Below, piece after piece: positions 50,528 to 59,754 of a stretch of DNA of 64,000 bases (position 1 is its first letter; the number at the start of each line of letters is the position of its first letter). The stretch lies in the sequence record PV754031.1; one strand, written 5' to 3'. The translations under genes and the position numbers were made by a program. The notes beneath the pieces were generated by a model. The model did no database searches and was not told the origin of the DNA. It worked only from the letters and a program-made list of their open reading frames with translations.

Positions 50528-51588
50528 TGAATGGTTTATTTGTAAGTATTGAAGGGAATGAAGGTGTCGGTAAAACGACCGTTACAAAAATGGTTGTTGC
50601 GGAGCTTCTTAAACGTGGATATGATGTCGTAACACTACGTGAACCTGGCGGTACAAATACATCAGAAGAAATCCGACAAATGCTGATTTGGCCTAAACAC
50701 AATGATGTTCGACCACCGGAATTTGATGTACTGATGCATAGTGCATATAGAGTGATGAATGTAGAGAATATCATCTTACCTGCTCTTAAAGAAGATAAGA
50801 TTGTTATTACCGAGCGATTCATTGCATCGACATATGCTCTAAATGTGTATCCTTTCGAAGAAACTAATCCATATCTATCAAAATTGTTTATGGATATCCT
50901 TCAAGGAACCTTACACTCTATCCCAGAGCCAGCTACCTTCTTCCTGACTGCACCTAAAGAAGTACGTGAAGAACGAATTAAGAAAAGTAATAGGCGCCTT
51001 GATTATTATGAATCTAAAGGATCCGATTACTTCGATAAGGTTGATAAAGGTTTTGAACGACTTATCAATCAACCTAGTTCTATTACGGTCGATGCTAATC
51101 GTGGTCTAGATGTCATTGTTAATGAAATTGTTGAATCGATTATCTTCTTGCGTGAAAAACAAAAGAATAAACAGTCATCTTTTGATGAGCAGCTATCTAA
51201 CACATCCTCAAGTAATAGCGAATTTGATAGTGAAAGTGAAAGTTCGGACATTCCATGGAATGATACGCAGCAGGAAAATCCTGTAGAAGTATCTGACAGC
51301 GATTTACATTTTGATCTGGATGCTGAGATTAATAAATATCTAGATGAAAATATCGTTCCTCAACTATTTACAGGGGATGAACGTTTTCTTGCATCAGGTA
51401 AGGTAGTAGCTAAAAAGTATTGCCAACTTGTCTATGATAAATTACCGGATGAAGAAAAGCATAAGATGTTCCTAGGGTCAAATAAAGAACGTCTAAATCA
51501 ACAAATTCATAGTCTACTTTACTATGGACATCAATTAGATAGTTTCATCACAGAAAATGATCTAATTGGTAAAACACTCTGGAAATAA
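50527..51588 (+). CDS. tmk: Thymidylate kinase with C-terminal extension
   Basis: SIEGNEGVGKTT, LREPGGT, ITERF motifs in the first ~210 aa. Confidence 0.92.
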   Translation: MNGLFVSIEGNEGVGKTTVTKMVVAELLKRGYDVVTLREPGGTNTSEEIRQMLIWPKHNDVRPPEFDVLMHSAYRVMNVENIILPALKEDKIVITERFIASTYALNVYPFEETNPYLSKLFMDILQGTLHSIPEPATFFLTAPKEVREERIKKSNRRLDYYESKGSDYFDKVDKGFERLINQPSSITVDANRGLDVIVNEIVESIIFLREKQKNKQSSFDEQLSNTSSSNSEFDSESESSDIPWNDTQQENPVEVSDSDLHFDLDAEINKYLDENIVPQLFTGDERFLASGKVVAKKYCQLVYDKLPDEEKHKMFLGSNKERLNQQIHSLLYYGHQLDSFITENDLIGKTLWK

Positions 51589-51624
51589 ATCAATTTATTA
51601 CTTCGTAACTGGTGACGAAATTAA

Positions 51625-51876
51625 ATGAGCACTACCCTGACTCTGAAAGAATCTAAATATATTCCTGCAACTGAGCTTGATAATCTAGAAGCTTATATTG
51701 GTCGAACTTTTCTAGTTGAGCGCAATGGTATATCAACTGCACATAAGCTAATTAAACTATCTCGACGTGATGTTTATCTCGGTTATCCAGATGGTAGGGA
51801 AGATTCATTTACATTGTCTATTAATAAGTTCCGGAAGTTCTATAAGCTAGCTCCATCTAGTCGCGATAAAAAATAA
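51625..51876 (+). CDS. Hypothetical protein
   Basis: 83-aa ORF ending at a terminator. Confidence 0.7.
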   Translation: MSTTLTLKESKYIPATELDNLEAYIGRTFLVERNGISTAHKLIKLSRRDVYLGYPDGREDSFTLSINKFRKFYKLAPSSRDKK

Positions 51877-51889
51877 AGCACGATATAAT

Positions 51890-51912
51890 AGAGTCCCCAT
51901 TATGGGGACTCT
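51890..51912 (+). terminator. Intrinsic terminator
   Basis: AGAGTCCCCA-TTA-TGGGGACTCT then TCTTT. Confidence 0.85.
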
Positions 51913-51945
51913 TCTTTATAATTTTTTTGTTAAAAGGTATATCAA

Positions 51946-52386
51946 ATGTTTAATAGGATTGTTAGAGCTTTCCATATTGTTGATAAAGACCAATCTAAAC
52001 ATGGTGAACTAGATTTACCACAATGGCCAGCCTATATATCGGTTACTCCTAAAGTTATCGACATTAGGGATAAAGAATTTAATTATCATGGTTTTATTTC
52101 ACATATTAGTGCCCCTTTAAAAGTTATAAAACCAGATGAATATATTAAAGCCAGATATACATTATCTTCACACTTTATTTATCAGCATGAAGGTGATAAT
52201 GACCCAGTCGATGCACCTGGCTTTAGTATTGACATTGAATACAGACTAGTTACTCAAAATACTAAAACGTGGTATTTAGATATCAACATCATCACTGATA
52301 AATCCATTAGTTACAATATCGAAAGTATTCTGAATGCAGAATTCATGTGTCAATGTCCATTTAATCTTTATATAAATGGTAAATAA
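51946..52386 (+). CDS. Hypothetical protein
   Basis: 146 aa, AAGGT RBS. Confidence 0.7.
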   Translation: MFNRIVRAFHIVDKDQSKHGELDLPQWPAYISVTPKVIDIRDKEFNYHGFISHISAPLKVIKPDEYIKARYTLSSHFIYQHEGDNDPVDAPGFSIDIEYRLVTQNTKTWYLDINIITDKSISYNIESILNAEFMCQCPFNLYINGK

Positions 52387-52413
52387 CTAATCTTTTATAA
52401 TAAAGGAAAGAGT

Positions 52414-53205
52414 ATGTTTAAATCCTTGAACTTTAACTATACTACTCAACCTTCTACAGAAGGTATCTGTTTGTACATCGGCCATGGTGATGTTGGACTA
52501 CTTGAGGGTAACAAATCTTCAACTGGTATTGCTGATAAATTAGAACAATGCCCTTATTACTTACATGTTACTGTTGGTAAATCAAACACAGCTAACCAAT
52601 TGACCATCACTGGTTATACTAATAATCAACCTAACCTCCGTAGTTGGCATGGTCAAGAAGCTATGGACATTCTTCTGAATAATATCAACATTGATAACAA
52701 TGTGGTACAACGAGAACTCAACTTTAAAGTACTCATTGAATCAGTTGAGCGTAAAGATCCGCGTGTTATTATACTAATGGCACTAGGTGCACTTCCATCT
52801 CAAGATTACCCTGGTCATTTTAATGATTTAACATCCGATAAGCAACTATTCAAACGGGAAGGCACTTTCATTGATTATAATGAAAAAGAATATAGTGATA
52901 CATGCAATACCATTACACGCAAATTATTAAACCTGTGTGGTTGTGGTCATCCAGAAGCAGAATTGCAGTATATTGATGATGTATTGGATATATATCGCCA
53001 AGGGTGGAATATTTCTAAACGTAATGAATGTGATAAGAAATATGGATTTGGTCCGACTACATTCATGCTACATTATTTAGATAGTCTTGGATTTGCCGAG
53101 CATGGCACGGGTGCAGCTGGTTGGCTACTCGATGAAGGCGCATGGGTAAGTGTATTAGTAAAATTAGCAATTAAGGAAACCGAGGGTGGATGCACTGATG
53201 TTTAA
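52414..53205 (+). CDS. Hypothetical two-domain protein
   Basis: C-terminal LCGCGHPE..LDSLGFAEHG...WL motif. Confidence 0.7.
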   Translation: MFKSLNFNYTTQPSTEGICLYIGHGDVGLLEGNKSSTGIADKLEQCPYYLHVTVGKSNTANQLTITGYTNNQPNLRSWHGQEAMDILLNNINIDNNVVQRELNFKVLIESVERKDPRVIILMALGALPSQDYPGHFNDLTSDKQLFKREGTFIDYNEKEYSDTCNTITRKLLNLCGCGHPEAELQYIDDVLDIYRQGWNISKRNECDKKYGFGPTTFMLHYLDSLGFAEHGTGAAGWLLDEGAWVSVLVKLAIKETEGGCTDV

Positions 53206-53923
53206 ATTATCGATGCGTATATTCTGTGCAGTATTTCTGATTAGTATTGGCATGTATACTAAAGCTAGTGTTAATTACGAACCACTTGCTTTTTATGGAG
53301 TACCATTATTCTACTCTAATCATACTCCGCGAATTGCTCCATGTAATTTCAATAAGCAATCCAAACTGGGTAGTTGCGGTTGGACCAGTTATCCAGAAAA
53401 TTCAATAATATTGGTGGTTCACCCTAGTGATCCAACTAAACAACTACCTGTTGAATACTCGATGTACCAGGAGGTTATCTGTGAGGATGATCAGTGCTAT
53501 ACATCCGATTATCATGAACCATATGGACATCTATTGGGATTTAAAGGAACTACTTATTGGTCAGTACCAACTGGATACTATTTACTAAATGGACCTAATG
53601 GGGTACATGGTGTCAAATTTGGCAATGGTCCCTTAAAAGACACTTATCCTATTCGTGATGTATATATGGTAAATAATGATAGAGTGATTGATGGTGAGTA
53701 TCTTACACTACAAAATACTAGGGGCTTTTATAATGTAGTGTGTAGTCAACTTACACAAATGTGTAAATACTTTGGTAAAGAATATACTTTACTAGAACTC
53801 ATTCAAATTATCCCATTTGTAAAGACCACCACTTGCGATGAATTCCTTTGTTACATCAATAATGATAAAGGTAAGGTTGCAGGCATCAATCCAAAACGAA
53901 AGGATATTTACGAGGGGCTGTAA
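53198..53923 (+). CDS. Exported cysteine-rich protein
   Basis: Signal-peptide-like N-terminus (RIFCAVFLISIGMYTKA-S); eight Cys in the mature part, apparently paired. Confidence 0.7.
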   Translation: MFKLSMRIFCAVFLISIGMYTKASVNYEPLAFYGVPLFYSNHTPRIAPCNFNKQSKLGSCGWTSYPENSIILVVHPSDPTKQLPVEYSMYQEVICEDDQCYTSDYHEPYGHLLGFKGTTYWSVPTGYYLLNGPNGVHGVKFGNGPLKDTYPIRDVYMVNNDRVIDGEYLTLQNTRGFYNVVCSQLTQMCKYFGKEYTLLELIQIIPFVKTTTCDEFLCYINNDKGKVAGINPKRKDIYEGL

Positions 53924-54285
53924 TGAACATTACCAATATAAAGCTCATCCAAACTATGGATGCTGTATTAGAGGAACTCACGAAATATCACGATAACCTC
54001 AAGCCTTGTGTAGGTATTAAAATAGAGGTTTCACCATGTGACGCTAAGTGTATACTCTTATCTGAGGATATGGTTCGTAAGGTAGTTATTGAGATCAATG
54101 TAGTTAAACCACTGAATATGCGTGTAACCTATCTCTTTGATGAGAAGATGGTTACTAAGATCAACAAATATAATTCACATTACTACACTGAATTAGCCAA
54201 ACAAATAAATACGTTCTTTTCGGATACAAGTATCCCAACACGCACATTCGATTACCATGGATTCTTTGATTATCTTGGATTCTAA
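53923..54285 (+). CDS. Hypothetical protein
   Basis: 120 aa, TAATG overlap. Confidence 0.7.
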   Translation: MNITNIKLIQTMDAVLEELTKYHDNLKPCVGIKIEVSPCDAKCILLSEDMVRKVVIEINVVKPLNMRVTYLFDEKMVTKINKYNSHYYTELAKQINTFFSDTSIPTRTFDYHGFFDYLGF

Positions 54286-54297
54286 AAGGAGATTATA

Positions 54298-54654
54298 ATG
54301 GGTTCTCTAACTCTTGAAACAGGGCGACAGATTGAGCATCATTTGCTGAATGCAATTAGCATTCATATTAATGCATCCCGGATTGACGCTACATTGCGTG
54401 AAACAGTTAATGTCATCGATAACCCTGTAACAAAACGATCTATTGCATATGTGGTTGAGAGAGGCAAGGATATCCGCATTGCAGTTTATGATACCAGCAA
54501 TGATCATCTTGGCATGATATCTCATATTGAGTCTGGTGATAGTGAATTTAAAGTTCTTAATATGGCACAGGCTGTTCGGATAACCAAATTCTCATTGAAT
54601 CAATTTGATGAGGCAGCAATATGTGCAGTAAGCTGGCTTGCCGGAAATCCATAA
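54298..54654 (+). CDS. Hypothetical protein
   Basis: 118 aa, AGGAG RBS. Confidence 0.75.
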   Translation: MGSLTLETGRQIEHHLLNAISIHINASRIDATLRETVNVIDNPVTKRSIAYVVERGKDIRIAVYDTSNDHLGMISHIESGDSEFKVLNMAQAVRITKFSLNQFDEAAICAVSWLAGNP

Positions 54655-54689
54655 TACATCATTGATTAAAGTACCACTACAGCTTAATA

Positions 54690-54733
54690 TTCAATCTCAG
54701 TCTAAACACTGATCCAATTAGGCTGAGATTGAA
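54690..54733 (+). other. Long intergenic RNA hairpin (16-bp stem, no U-tract)
   Basis: TTCAATCTCAGTCTAA-12 nt-TTAGGCTGAGATTGAA, with one G-U pair on the + strand. Confidence 0.6.
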
Positions 54734-54809
54734 GACTACTGGGTCAGCTCATTATTGCCTACTTCTAATTTGATATAGGTAAATTATAAATACAAAGTCA
54801 GGTAATGTC

Positions 54810-55184
54810 ATGGATTCATTAAAAATACAAAATATTCTCTTATGCAATAAAGCATTCAAGGCGATTGTTGAGCATCCACTTCAGATTAAATCTAATAGAT
54901 CTACTAGTATTCAAGTATTAAATAATGAGTTGAATTATGGGTTGACTTATATCTTTCATGATACCGACTCTACTCGTACAGTTAAATTAACAGTACGTTA
55001 CGGTAATGTAGTAATCTCATTAGTGGATAGTAATAATAGATTAGAAAAAGAATTTACCTTTGATAATGAAGCTAACTATCAATTAATGGGTAAAATAGTT
55101 TATTGTTATTTACGTAAAAATAAAGATGATTATTATCGTGGATTAAGTGATAGTGGTTATCTACAATGGTTAGGGATAACTTAA
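54810..55184 (+). CDS. Hypothetical protein
   Basis: 124 aa, AGGT RBS. Confidence 0.7.
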   Translation: MDSLKIQNILLCNKAFKAIVEHPLQIKSNRSTSIQVLNNELNYGLTYIFHDTDSTRTVKLTVRYGNVVISLVDSNNRLEKEFTFDNEANYQLMGKIVYCYLRKNKDDYYRGLSDSGYLQWLGIT

Positions 55185-55185
55185 T

Positions 55186-55548
55186 ATGATATTTAATAAA
55201 ATCACTCGATCTATAAAAAGAAGGCGATGTAATAAGTCTGAATTAATTGAAATTAATGAACTTATCTTAAAAGCAGCTCGTCGTCAAAACTATGATTTAT
55301 GTCATCTGATTAGTTATCTTGGTGATGGTAATGATCCAGTAGTTATTGATATTTTAAAGAAAGAATATTCTGAAATATATGCCTATTATAAATCTGTATT
55401 TGACCCTGCTGATTTTGGTAAGAATTATAAAAATAAATTACATAATGATTTATTAGAGGCTATGACCAAAATAGATAAATTTAAAGAATTATGTGAAAAA
55501 CATAATATCGACTATTCACACATTGTTGAAGATGAAATACCTTTCTAG
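55186..55548 (+). CDS. Hypothetical protein
   Basis: 120 aa ending in EDEIPF. Confidence 0.7.
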   Translation: MIFNKITRSIKRRRCNKSELIEINELILKAARRQNYDLCHLISYLGDGNDPVVIDILKKEYSEIYAYYKSVFDPADFGKNYKNKLHNDLLEAMTKIDKFKELCEKHNIDYSHIVEDEIPF

Positions 55549-55559
55549 GCGGAAATAAA

Positions 55560-55922
55560 ATGGAATTAATCAGTGTCAACTCAATGGCATTATTCTTTGG
55601 TTTAATTGTAGCGCACTTCATCTTTGATTTTTCATTGCAAAATGATTTCATTGCAAAGGCTAAAAATCATACTACTGAACTAGGTTCACTATATTGGAAA
55701 TGGGTATTACCTGCACACAGCTTCATGCATGGTGGCGCAGTTTATTTCATTACTGGTTCATTAGTTTTAGGACTTATTGAAACAATTTCTCACTGCATTA
55801 TTGATTATTTAAAATGTGATAATAAAATTACATTTAATCAAGATCAGTGGTTACACATTGGTTTTAAACTAATGTATACTTATCTAATTGTTTACGAAGT
55901 ACCTTTCGTGATGTATGGATAA
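55560..55922 (+). CDS. DUF3307-family membrane protein
   Basis: AHFIFDFSLQ, HSFMH, SHCIID, DQWLH His/Asp motifs on hydrophobic helices. Confidence 0.85.
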   Translation: MELISVNSMALFFGLIVAHFIFDFSLQNDFIAKAKNHTTELGSLYWKWVLPAHSFMHGGAVYFITGSLVLGLIETISHCIIDYLKCDNKITFNQDQWLHIGFKLMYTYLIVYEVPFVMYG

Positions 55923-55933
55923 AGTTATATATT

Positions 55934-55955
55934 ACCCTCTCCTTCGGGAGAGGGT
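55934..55955 (+). terminator. Intrinsic terminator
   Basis: ACCCTCTCC-TTCG-GGAGAGGGT then TTTAT. Confidence 0.85.
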
Positions 55956-56064
55956 TTTATGTTTAATATTTTTTTTTATTAAGTTTTATTACCCAATCTG
56001 ATAGGGCTATAATGGAGTTTAGTCTTGTGGAAGTTTATAAAACCCTATTGGGAAGAGAACTACA

Positions 56065-56553
56065 ATGGTTATTACACATCAAACTGTAGACCAAATAGAT
56101 ACACAAGTAAGTTTAGGTTTACCTATTGGCTACTATGGTGCTAATGATGATTTATCTACACTAATTAGGACGATTGGTGATTGGAATATCAGACCTATTG
56201 AAGAGCGTAGGACACCAGGTACAGGCTACATTGTAGCTGTCCCATCGAATACTCGTACACGAGTGATTTACACTGCTGGTCGCAAAAGATGGCTAGAAGC
56301 ATTAGATTTTAGCCCCGAATTAGCCGAGAAGTATATTCGTGCTTGTAGTGCAATAAAACGATGCTGGGACCACGATGTCGCAACCTTTGTCCTGACACAT
56401 AATAAAATTAGCGACGAATTACTTAAAGAATTGATGAGTGTTGAGAATCCTAAAGCTGTACTCAACCACTACAAAATTCCTGTAAAGATTTCTAGAAATA
56501 GAATAATTGCAGCTTGTCAAATAATCTTCAATATTCGTGGACTAAAAGTCTAA
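56065..56553 (+). CDS. Hypothetical protein
   Basis: 162-aa ORF. Confidence 0.7.
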   Translation: MVITHQTVDQIDTQVSLGLPIGYYGANDDLSTLIRTIGDWNIRPIEERRTPGTGYIVAVPSNTRTRVIYTAGRKRWLEALDFSPELAEKYIRACSAIKRCWDHDVATFVLTHNKISDELLKELMSVENPKAVLNHYKIPVKISRNRIIAACQIIFNIRGLKV

Positions 56554-56564
56554 TACTTTTATAG

Positions 56565-56587
56565 GAGAGAACCGCCATGGTTCTCTC
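56565..56587 (+). terminator. Intrinsic terminator
   Basis: GAGAGAACC-GCCAT-GGTTCTCTC then TTTTT. Confidence 0.8.
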
Positions 56588-56643
56588 TTTTTGACGTAAG
56601 TGCATTATTGTTATGATAAGACTTTCGTATAAGGAAAACTACT

Positions 56644-57075
56644 ATGTTACTTTTTGTTGATACAGAATTTGATACGCCTACTGGTACTCTTATTTCACTC
56701 GGTATTGTTAGTGAAGATCGACGTTGTGAATTCTACGAAGTTCTACCATATGACAATATTGAAGATGAATGGGTTAAAGAAAACGTTATTCCTATTCTTC
56801 AAAAAGAACCAATCTCTTTAGAAGAATTCCATGATAGACTAGCCAAGTTTCTTGGTCAGTTTGCTCGATTACATTTTATAGCTAATCATGTTAACGATAT
56901 GGTTTACACTGGTAAAGCTATGGATATGGGTAAAGGTAAACAAGTTGTTGAGTTACCAACTATATTTGAATTAAATCATGAGCTAAGTGGAAAAGGTTCT
57001 AAAATGCTTCACAACGCACTATTTGATGCTCGTGCAACCCTAGATGACTGGGAGCGTTTAAATGGTGTGAACTAA
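56644..57075 (+). CDS. DEDDh 3'-5' exonuclease (DUF5051/Rv2179c-like)
   Basis: FVDTEF (ExoI), WVKENVIP, HNALFDAR (ExoIII). Confidence 0.85.
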   Translation: MLLFVDTEFDTPTGTLISLGIVSEDRRCEFYEVLPYDNIEDEWVKENVIPILQKEPISLEEFHDRLAKFLGQFARLHFIANHVNDMVYTGKAMDMGKGKQVVELPTIFELNHELSGKGSKMLHNALFDARATLDDWERLNGVN

Positions 57076-57094
57076 CCTTTTTGGGATAGCCATC

Positions 57095-57754
57095 ATGACT
57101 AATACCTTTGAGAAGATGTCAGGCGACAAAGATAGAAAAAGTCGTCCAGAAATCGTACTGCGTTTGCTGATCGCAACCAGTTTTCCTCAATCCGTTTTAG
57201 CCGATTTGACTTTTGATATTACTAAGCAAGTTGGTATTACTGATAACGATGAATTAGAGAAGATTGCTAATGACATGCGTGATGTTGAACGTAAGTTTGA
57301 TATGACTGATTTCATTAGATGTATTGATCTACGTCGTAATGGTAATGACGTAAATATAACTGTTAATTGTTGGGATTTTGATCCACGTGCTAAAACCATC
57401 GAGGATCGTGCGGAGAACCATGAATTCCTGGCAAACAGTAATATTACCTTACATTCACCAGAAACAGATTTTAATGATCCACGTGAACTAGCTAGTAAAT
57501 TAGTTGGACTATTTTTTCGTAGCAAGATAGGTCAAAAGCCGTCAGCTAGTAATTTTACTAAGGGATGGAAAATTCTTAGTAAACCAATTAGTAAATCTAA
57601 AAATACAGGTGATATAGAATCAATCGATCTAGTTGATGCTATTGAACTAGTAGCTCAGAGTTTAGCTAAACGTAGGTTTAACATTAAAATTACCACAAGC
57701 GCTATTTTATTACTTGATCAGAAAAGACGGTTATTTAATATAACGCGTGGTTAA
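57095..57754 (+). CDS. Hypothetical protein
   Basis: 219-aa ORF. Confidence 0.7.
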   Translation: MTNTFEKMSGDKDRKSRPEIVLRLLIATSFPQSVLADLTFDITKQVGITDNDELEKIANDMRDVERKFDMTDFIRCIDLRRNGNDVNITVNCWDFDPRAKTIEDRAENHEFLANSNITLHSPETDFNDPRELASKLVGLFFRSKIGQKPSASNFTKGWKILSKPISKSKNTGDIESIDLVDAIELVAQSLAKRRFNIKITTSAILLLDQKRRLFNITRG

Positions 57755-57757
57755 AAC

Positions 57758-57792
57758 AACATAATGCCCTCCCATTGCGGGAGGGCTTATGC
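57758..57792. terminator. Bidirectional terminator (CATAA-GCCCTC family)
   Basis: cataatGCCCTCCC-ATTGC-GGGAGGGCttatg between convergent genes. Confidence 0.85.
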
Positions 57793-57794
57793 CG

Positions 57795-59744
57795 TTAAAC
57801 TTTTACAAGTTTATCATTTTCTATTTTCCAATTAGCATGGAAAGAAATTGGTTGACCAGTGGTCTCATCAAGAATGTCACCAGTCTTTAACCTATTTTTA
57901 ATAGCTCGGTTATTTCCAAAGAATGGAACTAGTTTAGCTACTGTTACATCAGCTAATCCTGGATCTTTCATTACATACCAGCCAGGTGTTGAAGCCAGTT
58001 CATCATACTGGACAACTTTAGAAGTATCTGCAAAGATAACAATATCACCATGTCGTCCGTTCTGGACACGTTGTGATAGTTTACCCCATGTGGAGTTATT
58101 ATCATAAACATATACATTAGCTGTATTCAATGTCTCACCAAGGAATGTACGACGTAATGCAGTCAATACTATTGGTTTTATATTAATGTTATTCTTATAT
58201 GCATTCGCTACACGATACATATACTTGGTCATGCTAAGATTAATATATTCATAAATTTTAGCTTTACTTATCCCTTTATAATCATCCCATGCCATTGTAC
58301 CTATAAGGGATGCTTCATTATAAAGAGAAGCAGGTTTTGAACTAAGTACCACTTGATGCTGCATTGTGTAAGTATAAGGTACACGTACGTTAATACGTAT
58401 CTGATCATTATCATGGATTAAAAGAGTTGATCCATGAGTTATCAGATCCCACTGAGTAATGCCCTGACTAAATAAGAATGATCCAACTAAATAGCCATTT
58501 ATTTGAATATCACCTAAATAGTCCTGATGGTCAGTGCCATTTGAGTAACCTAGATTAAGATCAAAATAACGCTTAGCTGTTAGTATCTGAGTAGTATCAA
58601 TAGCTTGGCCATTATCACGTGCAACAAAGATACCATCATCTACACCAACTTGGAATCTAAATGAAATAGCATACGGTTTATTAGGATTTTCAGATGTCGT
58701 ACAAAGAAAATTGTAAATGTACTCGCCAGTATGATCGAAGGTAAATTCAGGAATATCTTCTTTGTTATACGCTGGGAAAGTAACAAGCTTAATCTCACTT
58801 TCACTTGAATCACCTTTGATAACAAAGTCAGTTACTTGACCATTACCAATAGATTTATTCATACCTGTAAACAAACCAGATGATGCAGCTTTTGGTGACC
58901 AGCTTAGCATCTGATTTACAGTATATTGAACATCTGACCTATCAACAACACCAGAGAAATAAGAACCAAAATTAAAGGCTAGTCTATTAGCGGTAAATGC
59001 AAAACTACCATTATTTTCTTTAGCATCTTCAATATTAGTGTAATCTCTTGAAGCAGAATCAGTTATAACAAAGATACCATTACCCGATTTACGCCAAGTA
59101 GCTAGATTATCAATAGTCGCCTGACTCACTCTTTCAGGAGTTAATGCACCAGTATTATGATCTTTAGTAGAGAATAGAATACATGCATAATACTTATTAA
59201 GATCTGTTAAAGTAAGGTCTACTGTGCCACCCATCATTTCTGGGTAATAAACATCATAGGTAGAATCTTGTACACGAGCAGCCGTATCTAGTATCTTTTT
59301 AAAACCATTACCTGACGTATTGAGGACTGAATAAGGTTCACTAGGATTACTATCTGTGATTACTAAGAATTTCTTTCCAGTTGATTCGTACTTACTACCA
59401 TTCCTAATAAACCCAATAGCATTATAAAAATATCTTACCCATCCCCATAGATCTTGAGGGTTTGTTGTATTAGCCGGAATTTGGTAAGTATCATAGTTTA
59501 AATTATAGAATTTTGGAAAACTACAATCATAAAGAACATTACCAGTGCCATCTTGCACAACAGCAATAAATGGACTACCACCTGTTGCAGGGTCACCATC
59601 ATAAGCAATGTATTCAGAGAGCACCGGAGGTAACTCCGGGCTCACTGTATAATACACCTTCTGAATATCTGAACTAAAGTTAAATTTAACTTTAGAGTTT
59701 AGTGCCACAGGACCCGGCACTTGCGACGGGACAATAGAAGGCAT
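57795..59744 (-). CDS. Virion structural protein (phiKZ gp201-like)
   Basis: 649 aa, AGGAG RBS; N-terminal alpha/beta domain (GNGIFVITD). Confidence 0.7.
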   Translation of the reverse strand: MPSIVPSQVPGPVALNSKVKFNFSSDIQKVYYTVSPELPPVLSEYIAYDGDPATGGSPFIAVVQDGTGNVLYDCSFPKFYNLNYDTYQIPANTTNPQDLWGWVRYFYNAIGFIRNGSKYESTGKKFLVITDSNPSEPYSVLNTSGNGFKKILDTAARVQDSTYDVYYPEMMGGTVDLTLTDLNKYYACILFSTKDHNTGALTPERVSQATIDNLATWRKSGNGIFVITDSASRDYTNIEDAKENNGSFAFTANRLAFNFGSYFSGVVDRSDVQYTVNQMLSWSPKAASSGLFTGMNKSIGNGQVTDFVIKGDSSESEIKLVTFPAYNKEDIPEFTFDHTGEYIYNFLCTTSENPNKPYAISFRFQVGVDDGIFVARDNGQAIDTTQILTAKRYFDLNLGYSNGTDHQDYLGDIQINGYLVGSFLFSQGITQWDLITHGSTLLIHDNDQIRINVRVPYTYTMQHQVVLSSKPASLYNEASLIGTMAWDDYKGISKAKIYEYINLSMTKYMYRVANAYKNNINIKPIVLTALRRTFLGETLNTANVYVYDNNSTWGKLSQRVQNGRHGDIVIFADTSKVVQYDELASTPGWYVMKDPGLADVTVAKLVPFFGNNRAIKNRLKTGDILDETTGQPISFHANWKIENDKLVKV

Positions 59745-59754
59745 TTCTCACTCC

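Noticed and set aside
55928-55935. TATATTAC octamer as an early promoter
   Set aside because: Lacks the upstream A-tract/AGAT element and runs straight into a terminator stem. Minus-strand copies inside coding regions (e.g. 19165-19172) were rejected for the same lack of context.
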